A stretch of DNA of 64,000 bases from positions 224,001-288,000 of the forward strand of contig CAWBAT010000003.1 in the NCBI GenBank assembly GCA_963786955.1, read 5' to 3'. Of this stretch, positions 11,591-22,026 are shown one piece after another. The DNA is from an uncultured Acidimicrobiia bacterium (GTDB lineage: Bacteria; Acidobacteriota; Terriglobia; Versatilivoradales; Versatilivoraceae). The translations under genes and the position numbers were made by a program. Position 1 is the stretch's first letter. Every line of letters begins with the position of its first letter. A model generated the notes under the pieces. It did no database searches. It worked only from the letters and a program-made list of their open reading frames with translations, and had not been told where the DNA came from.

Positions 11591-14449
11591 ATGCTGACGG
11601 GAAAATACCAGGAACTTTATCAAGCGCTCTCTTCTGCCATTCCCACGGAACGGCTCATTCATGACCCTCTCCGGACACTGGCTTATGGGACAGACGCCAG
11701 TTTCTATCGGCTCATCCCGAACCTGGTGGTGAAGGCTGAATCGGAGGAAGAACTCTTAGCCGTGATGAGGGCATGCCGCTTGCTGCAGATCCCGTTTACA
11801 TTCCGAGCGGCCGGGACCAGCCTGTCGGGGCAGTCCATCAGTGACTCGGTGCTGGTGATGCCAGGCAGCGGTTGGAAAGGAATCTGGATCAGCCCGGACG
11901 GCACCCAGATCAGGCTGCAGCCAGGAGTGATCGGTACTCATGCGAATATCCGTCTGCTCCCGTACGAACGCAAGATCGGTCCCGACCCCGCTTCGATCAA
12001 TTCCGCCATGATCGGAGGCATTGCGGCGAACAATTCCAGCGGGATGTGCTGTGGGACGGCACAGAATAGCTACAACACGGTGGCCTCGATGAGAATGATC
12101 TTCGTCGATGGATCGGTGCTGGATACCGGCAGCCTGGAAAGCAGAAGGCAGTTTGCCGAGACTCATCCCGGGATGATGGACCTTGTTCGGGACTTGTCGG
12201 AGCGGACCAGAAAGAATTCTGATCTGGCAGCGCGGATTCGCCGCAAATTCAAAATGAAGAACACCACCGGGTACAGCCTCAACGCCCTGGTCGACTTTGA
12301 GGATCCAATCGACATCATCACCCATCTCATGATTGGGTCAGAGGGGACACTTGGTTTTATCTCTGAGATTACCTACCACACGGTGCCGGATCACCCTTTT
12401 AAGGCAACGAGTCTCATGCTTTTCCCGGATATTAAGACGGCCTGTGAAGCAACCATCCTGCTGAAAAGCCGTCCGGTCGCCGCCGTTGAAATCATGGACC
12501 GCGCCAGTCTCCGTTCCGTGGAGGCGAAACCTGGAATGCCGGTTTATCTTAAGAACCTGGAAGCTGCTGTCGCTGCCCTGCTGGTGGAAACTCGAGCGGA
12601 GTCTGCTTCAATACTCGAGCAGCAAGTGGGAGAGATCCGACAATGTCTCTCAGAATTGCCTACGGTGCTCCCTCTCGCCTTTACGCAGGACAAAAAGGAG
12701 TACACCGAGCTTTGGAACATTCGCAAAGGATTATTTCCCTCGATTGGTGCGATTCGACAAGTAGGAACAACTGTCATCATTGAAGATGTCGCTTTCCCCG
12801 TCGAGCGGCTTGCTCAGGCAACCCTCGATCTGCAAGGCCTCTTCGAAAAACATGGTTATTCGGAGGCGATTATCTTCGGCCACGCCTTGGAGGGGAATCT
12901 TCATTTTGTGTTCACCCAGGACTTCAATCGCCAGGAGGAAGTGGAACGCTATCGGAGATTTCTGGATGACTTAACACGTCTCGTGGTTGAGGACTACGAT
13001 GGATCGCTCAAGGCGGAGCACGGGACCGGGCGAAACATGGCGCCCTTTGTCGAACTGGAGTGGGGCAGGGAAGCCTACGATCTTATGAAAGAGATTAAGC
13101 AGATTTTTGATCCAGACAATCTCTTGAATCCCGGCGTCATTCTCAATGGGGATGCTTCGATCCATGTCAAAAACCTGAAGCCGCTCCCCCAGGCGCATCC
13201 GATCATCGACAAATGCATCGAATGCGGTTTTTGCGAAATGAATTGCCCATCGCGCGACCTCAGTTTAACTCCCAGACAGCGGATTGTTGTGTGGCGCGAA
13301 GTGTCGCATCTGAGAGCGACCGGAGAGAACCCGGCCCGGCTGGCGGAGTTGAAACAAATCTTTTCGTATCAGGGAGAGCAGACCTGCGCGACCGACGGGC
13401 TGTGTGCCACGAGTTGTCCGGTCAATATTGACACGGGGAGATTGATCAAAGAGCTCAGAGCGCTCGATCATTCAGCACTGGCAGACACTGTAGCGACCAT
13501 GCTTGCCAAACACATGGGGGCGGTGACCTCCGGGATGCGGGGGGTTCTGAATCTGGCGGACTGGACGCATGCCTTGATTGGAACTCAAGCGATGTCTCGA
13601 TTGACTTCAGGCCTCAGGAAATTCTCCGGAAATCGAATACCCCAATGGAATCCCTACCTGCCGCGCGCCGCCGGACGCATCAGTTCGGTGTTGGGAAATC
13701 CAGAGAATCCGTTGAAAGTCGTCTATTTCCCCAGCTGCATCAGTCGAACTTTAGGATTGGCTCGCTCCAGTCCCGAATTGGAATCACAGAACGGGAGAAT
13801 TGATTCCCTGCTGCGCAAAGCCGGCTATGAGGTGATCTATCCTTCCAGGCTGTCTGGATTGTGTTGCGGGATGGCCTTTGCCAGCAAAGGGTTCACCCGA
13901 CAGGGTGATGCCAAAGCCGCTGAATTGGCCGCTGCCCTGCGAGAAGCCGCTGAGGGAGACCGTTATCCGATTCTCTTTGATACGAGCCCTTGCTTGTACC
14001 GGATCAAAGAAGTTTTGGCGACACCGACCCAACTCAATCTTTTCGGCCCGGTGGAATTTGTTCAGAAATTCCTTAAGTCGAGACTCCATTTTAGAAAAAT
14101 TCCGGGCACGGTGGCAGTTCACGCAACCTGCAGTTCACGAAAGATGAGCCAAGAGGAGAGAATTCAGGAAGTGGCTGAATCGTGTGCGGAAACGGTGATC
14201 CTTCCGGAAACGGTGGGCTGTTGCGGGTTTGCAGGGGATCGCGGCTTTAGCATACCGGAACTGACTGCCTCGGCGCTCCACCGGCTAAAAGAATCCTTGC
14301 CGGATGGCTGCCAGACCGGGTATTCGACCAGCAAGACTTGCGAAATTGGCCTTTCACTCCATAGCGGCATGAATTATCAATCGATTCTAGTTTTAGTGGA
14401 TCAGTGCACCGAGCCGTTGGACCCCAAGTTGGTAGGGCGCGCTCGCTGA
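11591..14449 (+). CDS. FAD-linked, Fe-S-containing D-lactate dehydrogenase-like oxidase (Dld-II type)
   Basis: YGTDASFY, FRAAGTSLSGQ, IGPDPAS, SLKAEHGTGRNMAPF, CIECGFCEMNCP and CCG motifs; ATG 11591 preferred over the ORF-track start 11510. Confidence 0.88.
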   Translation: MLTGKYQELYQALSSAIPTERLIHDPLRTLAYGTDASFYRLIPNLVVKAESEEELLAVMRACRLLQIPFTFRAAGTSLSGQSISDSVLVMPGSGWKGIWISPDGTQIRLQPGVIGTHANIRLLPYERKIGPDPASINSAMIGGIAANNSSGMCCGTAQNSYNTVASMRMIFVDGSVLDTGSLESRRQFAETHPGMMDLVRDLSERTRKNSDLAARIRRKFKMKNTTGYSLNALVDFEDPIDIITHLMIGSEGTLGFISEITYHTVPDHPFKATSLMLFPDIKTACEATILLKSRPVAAVEIMDRASLRSVEAKPGMPVYLKNLEAAVAALLVETRAESASILEQQVGEIRQCLSELPTVLPLAFTQDKKEYTELWNIRKGLFPSIGAIRQVGTTVIIEDVAFPVERLAQATLDLQGLFEKHGYSEAIIFGHALEGNLHFVFTQDFNRQEEVERYRRFLDDLTRLVVEDYDGSLKAEHGTGRNMAPFVELEWGREAYDLMKEIKQIFDPDNLLNPGVILNGDASIHVKNLKPLPQAHPIIDKCIECGFCEMNCPSRDLSLTPRQRIVVWREVSHLRATGENPARLAELKQIFSYQGEQTCATDGLCATSCPVNIDTGRLIKELRALDHSALADTVATMLAKHMGAVTSGMRGVLNLADWTHALIGTQAMSRLTSGLRKFSGNRIPQWNPYLPRAAGRISSVLGNPENPLKVVYFPSCISRTLGLARSSPELESQNGRIDSLLRKAGYEVIYPSRLSGLCCGMAFASKGFTRQGDAKAAELAAALREAAEGDRYPILFDTSPCLYRIKEVLATPTQLNLFGPVEFVQKFLKSRLHFRKIPGTVAVHATCSSRKMSQEERIQEVAESCAETVILPETVGCCGFAGDRGFSIPELTASALHRLKESLPDGCQTGYSTSKTCEIGLSLHSGMNYQSILVLVDQCTEPLDPKLVGRAR

Positions 14450-14612
14450 GCGCGCCGCTGGAATTTAGAATTTGTGCAGGCCAGAGGCCCGCACCACAAC
14501 CTTGTGGTGCAGGCGTCCCGCCTGCCTCCAGTGCATTGCCGGATTCGTGGGCTTTATCCGTAGAACTTGTAGGTAGGGCGCCCTCGCCGACGTCCCATAG
14601 GAGCGAGAATCC

Positions 14613-15215
14613 TCTCGCCAAGGCGCGAAGGACGCCAAGAAAGGATTAAAACGGATAGGTTAGATTATTGTAGACGCATCTGTTTTAGTTTTGCTCAGAA
14701 TAAAGCCCGCGGGTGTTGCATACAATAAACTGTTGTGTACAGGCTCGGGGACGGAGAGGGAGAAAACCCATTGGATCTTTGCGCTCTTGGCGTCTTGGCG
14801 AGATGGCGTTACCTTTCATTTTGTTCAATCTGTGATATTCCAGCCGGAAGGAATCTGAAGCCAAATGGGCTGAAGATTGGGAATTTAGCAGCGCTTGCGC
14901 GGCGCGATGGTGCTCTGGGAGCGCGGGCATCTTGCCCGCAGACGTTACCGAAAATAGAGGTTTCTCTCGCCAAGGCGCATAAGGACGCCAAGATAAGGAT
15001 TAGAACGGATAGGTTAAATTGTTGTAGATGCATCTGTTTTAGTTTTGCTCAGAATGAAGCCTGCGGGTGTTGCATACAATAAACTGTGTACAGACTCGGG
15101 GACGGATAGGGAGAGAACCCATTGGATCTTTGCGCTCTTGGCGTCTTGGCGAGATGGCGTTACCTTTCATTTTGTTCAATCTGTGATATTTCCAGCCGGA
15201 AGGATTCTGGAGCCA
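14613..15215 (+). mobile_element. Two direct copies (14613-14863, 14965-15215) of a MITE-like unit bounded by TCTCGCCAAG...CTTGGCGAGA; interior resembles a decayed GxxExxY 5' end
   Basis: ~250 bp near-identical copies; interior reads D*N(R)IG*IVVDASV versus MDENQIGRIVVDTAI of 26934-27332. Confidence 0.7.
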
Positions 15216-15236
15216 GATAGGCCGAAACCGTTGAAA

Positions 15237-16493
15237 TCAATCCCATGATGGCCAGGTAAGCTGCCACGGCCGTTGCGCCGAATCCGCGAGCAATGCCGTC
15301 GCGATCAGCGGGGCGATTCCCCCGGACAGCACCGAGCTGAGCTGGTAGGTTAGCGAAGTACCCGTGTAACGCACCCGCGGCCCGAACAATTCAGACAAAA
15401 ACGCGGCTTGTGGACCGTACATCAAGTCATGTCCGACGTTGACGACGAGAATGATCGCGACGGCCATCAGCACCGGAGAACGTGAATTGAGGAGCCAGAA
15501 AAAGGGGTAGGCAAAAAACAGAATAAAGAGAGCACCCGCGAGATAGAGCGGACGGCGTCCCACACGATCCGAGAGAGCCGCGTAGCCGGGAACGGTGAAC
15601 AAACCAATGATGGCGGAAAGGATTACCCCGACCAGAGGAATACTTCGGGGAAGGCCGAGATGACTCTCCGAATAACTCAGGACAAAGACTGTGGCCAGGT
15701 AAAAGGAACCGTTCTCGGCGATCCTCATGCCCGTGCCCAGTAGCACGATTCGCGGATAGTTGCGAAACAGCTCGATGATGGGGAATGCAGACTCAGCTTG
15801 ATTTTCTTTCAACTTCTCAAAGACGGGTGATTCCAGGATTTTGAGGCGAACGAAAAGGCCAACCCCGATCAATACAAAGCTCAGCAGAAATGGAATTCTC
15901 CAGCCCCATGCGATGAATTGAGATTCGGAGAGGAAGGACGAGAGCAAGGCAAAAACGCCTGTTGATAGAAGCAATCCGGCTGAAACACCCATCTGGGGCC
16001 AGCTTCCATAAAAGCCGCGTTTCCCTTCGCTCGCATGTTCAACCGCCATCAAGACGGCCCCTCCCCATTCCCCGCCAACTCCAATGCCTTGGGCAAATCG
16101 CAGGACAACGAGCAGAATGGGCGCCAGAACTCCAACCGAGTGGTAGGTGGGAATAACCCCAATCAGAAAGGTGGCAATCCCCATGATGAGCAAGGAATAC
16201 ACGAGCATTGACTTGCGTCCGATTTTATCGCCGTAGTGGCCGAAGAGCACTCCGCCTACAGGGCGCGCCACGAAACCGACGGCAAAGGTCCCGAAGGCCG
16301 ATAACGTGCCAGCTAGAGGATTGACCATCGGAAAGAAAAGTTTATTGAAAACAAGCGCGGCGGCCGTCCCGTACAGGAAGAAGTCATACCATTCGATGCT
16401 GGTCCCGATGAAACTAGCCAAAATGACTTGGCGGATGGAGGACGTTTCTGGGAGCGCGGGCGTCCCGCCCGCAAATGTTTGCCATGGTTTCAT
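15237..16493 (-). CDS. MFS transporter, MHS family (ShiA-like); C-terminus probably frameshifted
   Basis: GTSIEWYDFF, GHYGDKIGRK, GGEWGGAVL and SDRVGRRP motifs. Confidence 0.9.
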   Translation of the reverse strand: MKPWQTFAGGTPALPETSSIRQVILASFIGTSIEWYDFFLYGTAAALVFNKLFFPMVNPLAGTLSAFGTFAVGFVARPVGGVLFGHYGDKIGRKSMLVYSLLIMGIATFLIGVIPTYHSVGVLAPILLVVLRFAQGIGVGGEWGGAVLMAVEHASEGKRGFYGSWPQMGVSAGLLLSTGVFALLSSFLSESQFIAWGWRIPFLLSFVLIGVGLFVRLKILESPVFEKLKENQAESAFPIIELFRNYPRIVLLGTGMRIAENGSFYLATVFVLSYSESHLGLPRSIPLVGVILSAIIGLFTVPGYAALSDRVGRRPLYLAGALFILFFAYPFFWLLNSRSPVLMAVAIILVVNVGHDLMYGPQAAFLSELFGPRVRYTGTSLTYQLSSVLSGGIAPLIATALLADSAQRPWQLTWPSWD

Positions 16494-16559
16494 GGACCGG
16501 GATGCTAGCTCTTGACCTAAGCAGTTTAGGAGTTTAAGTGGATTGTGTAAAATAAAAGA

Positions 16560-16725
16560 ATTGAAACTTTTCTGGATGCCGGAAATGGCAAAAGAATATT
16601 TTGATCGTTTTATTCGAGACTCCGGGCATTTTGAGAATGCTAAGGACTACATCCATGAGAATCCAGTAAAGGCTGGTTTATTTGCAAAGGCTGAGGACTG
16701 GGAATTTGCCAGCGCTCGCCGCAGC
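16560..16725 (+). pseudogene. C-terminal remnant of a REP-associated tyrosine transposase (RAYT)
   Basis: EYFDRFIRD..YIHENPVKAGL..AEDWEFASA; HUH-containing N-terminus absent. Confidence 0.7.
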
Positions 16726-16745
16726 GCGCCCGAAAAAGAGAATCT

Positions 16746-16921
16746 TCTCGCCAAGGCGCAGAGACCGCCAAGCAAGAACAGGATGAAGATCAGATTCATT
16801 GGGTCCTCTTGGAAAAAGGTTTAGTATACCTATAGAGAAATTAATTAATAGATGGAATTGCCCCGATCGTCAGCTGGTTGTCGATGAGTACCAGGGCCTT
16901 TGCGCTCTTGGCGGCTTGAGA
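16746..16921 (+). mobile_element. TCTCGCCAAG-bounded unit, decayed and internally deleted GxxExxY copy
   Basis: Begins QDEDQI..., ends LIDGIA-IV (cf. MKDGIFRIVNG), then inverted CTTTGCGCTCTTGGCGGCTT. Confidence 0.55.
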
Positions 16922-17068
16922 TTAGAGAATCCTCTCGACAACGTTTGGCATGAGAGATTCTTAATACTAAAGGTGACGCCAATCACAGCCTTCGGGGCCA
17001 TTTGCCGTTCGTTTCATTTCTTGATGGCTCGTATCTCTGTAGCGCGCTTCTCCAGCGCATCCGCCTCT

Positions 17069-18400
17069 TCAGTGCGATTGGTCAACCGATAAAGTAAAGC
17101 GATATTCTCTAAGGATGTGGCCACATCCGGATGGTCCGGGCCGAGGGCCTTCTCCCGGATCTGCCAGCGAGCGTTTGAAGAGAGGCTCGGCCGGTGCGTA
17201 CTGGCCTTCCAATTGGTACAGCGTCGCGAGGTTGTTCAGGCTCATGGCCACATCGGGATGGTCCGGGCCGAGGGTCTTCTCCTTGATTGCGAGCGAGCGC
17301 TTGTAGAGCGGCTCGGCCTGTGCGTACCGGCCTTGCGACTGGTACAGCTCCGCTAGGTTGTTCAGGTCCGTTGCCACGCCAAGGTGATTGGGACCAAGTA
17401 CTTTCTCGTCAATCGCCAACGAGCGTTTGAAGAGCGGTTCGGCCTTGTCATAATGGAATTGGCTTCGCTGCACCGCCGCGAGGTTGTTCAAGCAGATGGC
17501 CACGTCGGGATGTTCCGGGCCGAGAGCCTTTTCTGTGATTGCCAGAGAGCGTTCGAAAAGCGGCTCGGCCTGTGCGAACTGGCCTTGCGAATGGTACAGC
17601 GCGGCGAGATTGTTCAGGCAGGCGGCCACATCGGGATGGTCCGGGCCGAGAGACTTCTCCGTGATTGCCAGCGAGCGTTTGTAAAGCGGCTCAGCCTGTG
17701 CATATTGGCTTTGCGAATGGTACAGCTTCGCGAGGTTGTTTAAGCTGATAGCCACTTCGGGATGGTCCGCGCCGAAGGCCTTCTCCAGGATTGCCAGCGA
17801 GCGTTTGTAGAGCGGCTCGGCCAGCGCATACTGGTTTTGGTGTCTGTACAGCTCCGCGAGGTTGTTCAGGCTGGTGGCCACGTCGGGATGGTCTGGGCCG
17901 AGAGCCTTCTCCCGGATCGAGAGTGAGCGTTTGAAGAGTTGCTCGGCCTCCGCGTACTGGCCTAGCGAATGGTACAATTCGGCGAGGTTGTTGAGGCTTG
18001 TGGCTACATCGGGATGGTCCGGGCCAAGGGCTTTCTCAGAGATCGCTAGCGAGCGCTTAAAGAGCGGCTCGGCCTGCGCGTATTGGCCTTGCGAAGAGTA
18101 AAGCATCGCGAGGTTGTTCAGGCTCCTAGCCACAATGGGATGGTTTACTCCGTAATTTTTCTCGGCGACCTCGAGCGCCTTTTTCGCAACGATCACGGCA
18201 CGATCATATTCTCCATTTTGATAGAGCGACATCAGTTCCTGATTGAGAATTTCCCACTCGCCGCCAGTCTGTTGTGAGAATGCGGGGAGGGAACTCAGCA
18301 GGAGCAGTCCAACTGTTCCAATTCTTTGGAATATCACCGAATGCACACTGAAAGAGCAGGTTCTCATGAGGATATATTTTACGGCACGACTTGCTGGCAC
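17069..18400 (-). CDS. Exported TPR protein with 42-aa kinesin-light-chain-type repeats; C-terminal frameshift
   Basis: About 8 repeats of HPDVATSLNNLAELY..QGQYAQAEPLFKRSLAI.EKALGPD (126 bp period); hydrophobic signal segment. Confidence 0.9.
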   Translation of the reverse strand: MPASRAVKYILMRTCSFSVHSVIFQRIGTVGLLLLSSLPAFSQQTGGEWEILNQELMSLYQNGEYDRAVIVAKKALEVAEKNYGVNHPIVARSLNNLAMLYSSQGQYAQAEPLFKRSLAISEKALGPDHPDVATSLNNLAELYHSLGQYAEAEQLFKRSLSIREKALGPDHPDVATSLNNLAELYRHQNQYALAEPLYKRSLAILEKAFGADHPEVAISLNNLAKLYHSQSQYAQAEPLYKRSLAITEKSLGPDHPDVAACLNNLAALYHSQGQFAQAEPLFERSLAITEKALGPEHPDVAICLNNLAAVQRSQFHYDKAEPLFKRSLAIDEKVLGPNHLGVATDLNNLAELYQSQGRYAQAEPLYKRSLAIKEKTLGPDHPDVAMSLNNLATLYQLEGQYAPAEPLFKRSLADPGEGPRPGPSGCGHILREYRFTLSVDQSH

Positions 18401-18438
18401 GGGATGAGGATGGTAGTAATGCTGGTTGTCACGAAAAA

Positions 18439-18903
18439 TCCCCTCCTATTTTAGGAGGGGGTTAGGGGGTGGTAACGCCTGTCCTTCGCACCTAAGATCT
18501 GACGTTCAGTTAAGCTTGTTCGAATGGTCTCCAAAACCCCCTGAACATTATCCAACACGGCTCTGTTCTCAAAACGTAGTACTCGTACGTTAAGTTTAGA
18601 CAAATAAGCCGTTCGTCGGGAATCGTATTCCGCTTTGAATGAGTTGAAGTGACCTTCGCCGTCCAGCTCGATAGCAAGTCTGCACTCCGGGCAGAAAAAA
18701 TCCACAATGTAGCTCCCAATACTGTGTTGCCGGCGAAACTTCATCCCCTCTAGCTGCGAGCGTTGTAGGTTCTTCCAGAGAATAGCCTCTGCAGGAGTGA
18801 GTGAGTTTCGCAGAGATTTGCGTCTGGATTTCAGTGATTTGAGGTTATGGATTGGCATGTAGAACTTTACCACCCCCTGGCCCCCTCCTAAAATAGGAGG
18901 GGA
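18439..18903. repeat. 36 bp inverted repeats (18439-18474, 18868-18903), each with an internal hairpin, flanking the DUF559 gene
   Basis: TCCCCTCCTATTTTAGGAGGGGGTTAGGGGGTGGTA versus the reverse complement of TACCACCCCCTGGCCCCCTCCTAAAATAGGAGGGGA (2 mismatches); degenerate third copy ~18951-18986. Confidence 0.9.
18451..18858 (-). CDS. DUF559 / Vsr-like endonuclease domain protein
   Basis: LRNSLTPAEAILW, KFRRQHSIGSYIVDFFC, LAIELDGEGH and VLRFEN motifs. Confidence 0.9.
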   Translation of the reverse strand: MPIHNLKSLKSRRKSLRNSLTPAEAILWKNLQRSQLEGMKFRRQHSIGSYIVDFFCPECRLAIELDGEGHFNSFKAEYDSRRTAYLSKLNVRVLRFENRAVLDNVQGVLETIRTSLTERQILGAKDRRYHPLTPS

Positions 18904-18987
18904 ATTAGATGACGGACCAGCCTGGTCTTAGCAAACTTGCAGAAGGAGTTTGCCACCCCTTGCCCTCTTCTAAGTAGGCGGGGAGAA

Positions 18988-20673
18988 TCAGCTCGGCTCT
19001 TGAACACTCAAATATTGGTTGGCCTTCAAGTTTTTAAGAACCTGAACTTTTCCACAAGGCCAGGTGATAACAACCTGATCCACGGCAGGGCAGTTCCCCA
19101 ATCCAAAATGCACGCGCGGGTCATTTCTGGAAATATAGCTGCCACCATTTCGTACTGTATCCATCTGTTTCTTACCACACTGTTCAATTTCAACTTTTGC
19201 CCCGATAGCGTCTCGATTGCAACCCTTTCCCTTTAACTTGAACGCCATCCAAGAATTATCAGATGTCGCCAGGTTTTCTAATAGAAGTGGACGGCCTTCT
19301 ATCGGGAGCACAACCAAATCCATCTTGCCATCATTATTATAGTCCGCAGCGGCTCCCCCGCGGTAGGAGTTGTGATAAGGGAGCGGGGGGGTCGGGAAAA
19401 ACTTTGCTTCACGATTCTCGAATATGGCGACGGGTTGCAGGTAACTCGTGCTGCCGAGCTTGTCCGCTTCTGGATAGACATGGCCGTTGGCTGTCCAGAG
19501 ATCTTTATCCCCATCGTTATCGAAATCTGTAAAGCCGCATCCCCACCCGAGTAAAGGAAGAGTGATGATTCGCAGGCCAGCACTTAACGATATATCCTCA
19601 TAGAACCCAGGGGTCTTTTGGTGAAATAATGGGAAATAATCTTCGGAAAAAGTGGTGACCAGAAGGTCGATTTTCCCGTCATTGTCATAGTCTCCGACGG
19701 CGACCCCCATATTGGTCTGAGCACGGCCATCTGCATTCAGGGCCACGCCACTGTCGAGCGCGTCCTCTTTAAAGGTACCGTCACCCAGATTGCGATAAAG
19801 GTAATTGGGACAAGAGTCATTCGCTACAAAGATGTCCAATTTGCCATCCCCGTTAAAGTCGTCAAAGACTGCACTGAAACCGTAATACCCAGCGGAGTCG
19901 GTTACCCCGGCTTCATGGGTCACTTCCTTGAAGGTGCCGTCACCATTATTGCGATAGAGAAGATCCGCTTCTCCTTTTAAGCCTCGCGGCCCGCAGAAGC
20001 CTGAGATCCCATTATACCGACAAACCGGAGGTTTTGCAGGCAGCGCCAGCGCCTTGATATCGACATATCCCGCTATGTAAAGATCCAAGTTCCCATCGCC
20101 GTCATAATCTCCAAAGGCGCTTCCCGTGTGCCAAGATACCTGCTGTTTTAGCCCTGCGGATTTCCCCAGTTCCGAAAATGTTCCATCGTGATTGTTCCTG
20201 AAGAGAAGATCGACTCCAATCGTGGTGATGAGGATATCCACAAATCCATCATTGTCATAGTCGGCTGCGTTCGCCCCCGTACCCCAATAAGGGTTGAAAA
20301 TTCCTGCCTTTGTGGTGACATCTTGAAAGTGACCGTTCCCGAGGTTCCGGTAAAGATAAACCCCTTCCTTTTGGGGCTGTGGCGCGGATCCGGACAAGGT
20401 CTTCCGCAATTCTTCCAAGTTTGAACCATTGACAACTAATAAGTCCATCCAACCATCATTGTCATAGTCCAACCAGGCAGCCCCGCTCCCATTTGCATCA
20501 AAAATCCACGGTTTGTCTGATGCCCCGCATCGCATTGAGGCCATGATCCCAGAAGCAGCGGCGACGTCCTGGAGACTGATTTCGCTGTTTTGGCTATTCG
20601 AATTAGGGAACTGATTTTGAGAGCTTAGCAATGGCAGTATTAGGAATAATAGAATTAAGAGGGCACGAGTCAT
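18988..20673 (-). CDS. ASPIC/UnbV (CRTAC1-family) FG-GAP repeat protein
   Basis: Signal peptide, repeated DYDNDG..DL, NRDAIGAKV, SYISRNDPRVHFGLG and WPCG motifs. Confidence 0.9.
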   Translation of the reverse strand: MTRALLILLFLILPLLSSQNQFPNSNSQNSEISLQDVAAASGIMASMRCGASDKPWIFDANGSGAAWLDYDNDGWMDLLVVNGSNLEELRKTLSGSAPQPQKEGVYLYRNLGNGHFQDVTTKAGIFNPYWGTGANAADYDNDGFVDILITTIGVDLLFRNNHDGTFSELGKSAGLKQQVSWHTGSAFGDYDGDGNLDLYIAGYVDIKALALPAKPPVCRYNGISGFCGPRGLKGEADLLYRNNGDGTFKEVTHEAGVTDSAGYYGFSAVFDDFNGDGKLDIFVANDSCPNYLYRNLGDGTFKEDALDSGVALNADGRAQTNMGVAVGDYDNDGKIDLLVTTFSEDYFPLFHQKTPGFYEDISLSAGLRIITLPLLGWGCGFTDFDNDGDKDLWTANGHVYPEADKLGSTSYLQPVAIFENREAKFFPTPPLPYHNSYRGGAAADYNNDGKMDLVVLPIEGRPLLLENLATSDNSWMAFKLKGKGCNRDAIGAKVEIEQCGKKQMDTVRNGGSYISRNDPRVHFGLGNCPAVDQVVITWPCGKVQVLKNLKANQYLSVQEPS

Positions 20674-20882
20674 GGGTTATCCAGAATTTCCATTATGAAT
20701 TTTCCGACGGACACAAGTACATAAGTTGCAAAAATTCGCGCTAATTGTTGTAGCCGGGGTCGTTGACCCCGGGCCTAAATAGCGGGGCCAGCTACAATAC
20801 GGACTCCTGCAAGTAAGTGCTAGTATATACCAAACCGAGATGAGAAGGTAATCTGGGACCGCGGGCATCCTGCCCGCAGTCA

Positions 20883-20990
20883 ATGAAAGATAACCACGGG
20901 AGACACGGGGCTTTTCACTTGCAAAAGTAGAATAACCGCAGATAAACGCAGATTAATACATGGAAAATGAGAAATGAGCGATGAACAATT
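20883..20990 (+). repeat. ~110 bp dispersed repeat, inverted copy at 52952-53061
   Basis: ATGAAAGA.AACCACGGG.GACACGGGGCTTTTCACTTGCAAAAGTAGAATA.CCGCAGATAAACGC.GAT...GGAAAATGAGAAATGA matches the reverse complement of 52952-53061. Confidence 0.85.
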
Positions 20991-21805
20991 GGAAATGGGG
21001 CAATTGCGGCAAGGGGGGCGGCGGTCCAAAGCAAGGGGTGAAGAAATTGAGAGCTCCGTAGGGAACGGACGCTGTTCCGTTCCTTTGTAGAGTGTTGAAA
21101 CCATTGGAATTTAGTGCTCCTTGGAAACAAGGAACGCACCAGCGAGCGTTCCCTACAACTAGTTCCACAATTTTTTCATGCCTTTCCCCATCTGAGATCA
21201 ATTATTGCGGCCTGAACCCTCGCCTCGCCCCCAAACAAAAATTGTTATGCGTTAGTTGTCGGGGGAATTTCTGGTAGGGCGCGCTCGCCGAGCGCGCCGC
21301 GGACGGCCCGGCGGTCCGTCCCTACCCACTCAGCCGCTACAAAAGCGACAATCTCAAATCGTCACCGAAGGCCTTGCCCTTACAGATTTCCCCCCGTAAC
21401 TAACGCATTACAAAAATTCGATAAAAGTATTGACAATTTCCTGGCATTGGGTTTAATGTTTGCCTTCCCGTGACGTTTCCATGATAAATGTTTGAGAAAT
21501 CCTCTCGGAAGTTTCTTTTTTCCGTTACGTAGTAATTGCAGTGAAGCCTGTTTAATCGGTTGACGTGAAATTGACCATTTACTCCAAAGGCTCTGAATGT
21601 TCGCTTCATCAAATTAAGTCTTTTGAGGGGTGTTTCGGTCGAGCCAGACGCGTCAAATAAAACGAATTTTCGTAATCATATTCGAGACTTCGTATAAATT
21701 GAGTGTTTTACAGATTTCCGATCTACTGGATTAAACTGATTATTTTGTTTTTAAGTCACTTTTTATCATTAGTTTACAATTATTTAAATCGATGATTAAT
21801 GAATC

Positions 21806-21821
21806 TGGCAATGCGATTGCA
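21806..21821 (+). promoter_or_regulatory. Putative sigma-54 (-24/-12) promoter of the TonB-dependent receptor
   Basis: TGGCAATGCGATTGCA fits TGGC-N7-TTGCW; lies in an AT-rich ~600 bp region about 200 bp upstream of the ATG. Confidence 0.6.
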
Positions 21822-22026
21822 TTGTTTTACATAACTGTGACAGAGTTGCGCGTTATTCGTTCGCCCGTCTAGAACCAATAAAATTGAAAGCAGTGACCAA
21901 GAATATTATGAGTGAGATGACCCAGTCATAAATTTCTCCGAAAAAATTATCGTGTTAAGCAAGCAAAGAATTTTGTCGATTCCCCTAACATTAAAGCAGT
22001 GCAATACCCTCTCAAAGGAGAACAGC

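Noticed and set aside
17069-18150. 126 bp tandem DNA repeats as a non-coding array or DGR template
   Set aside because: Fully explained by in-frame 42-aa TPR repeats; no reverse transcriptase present
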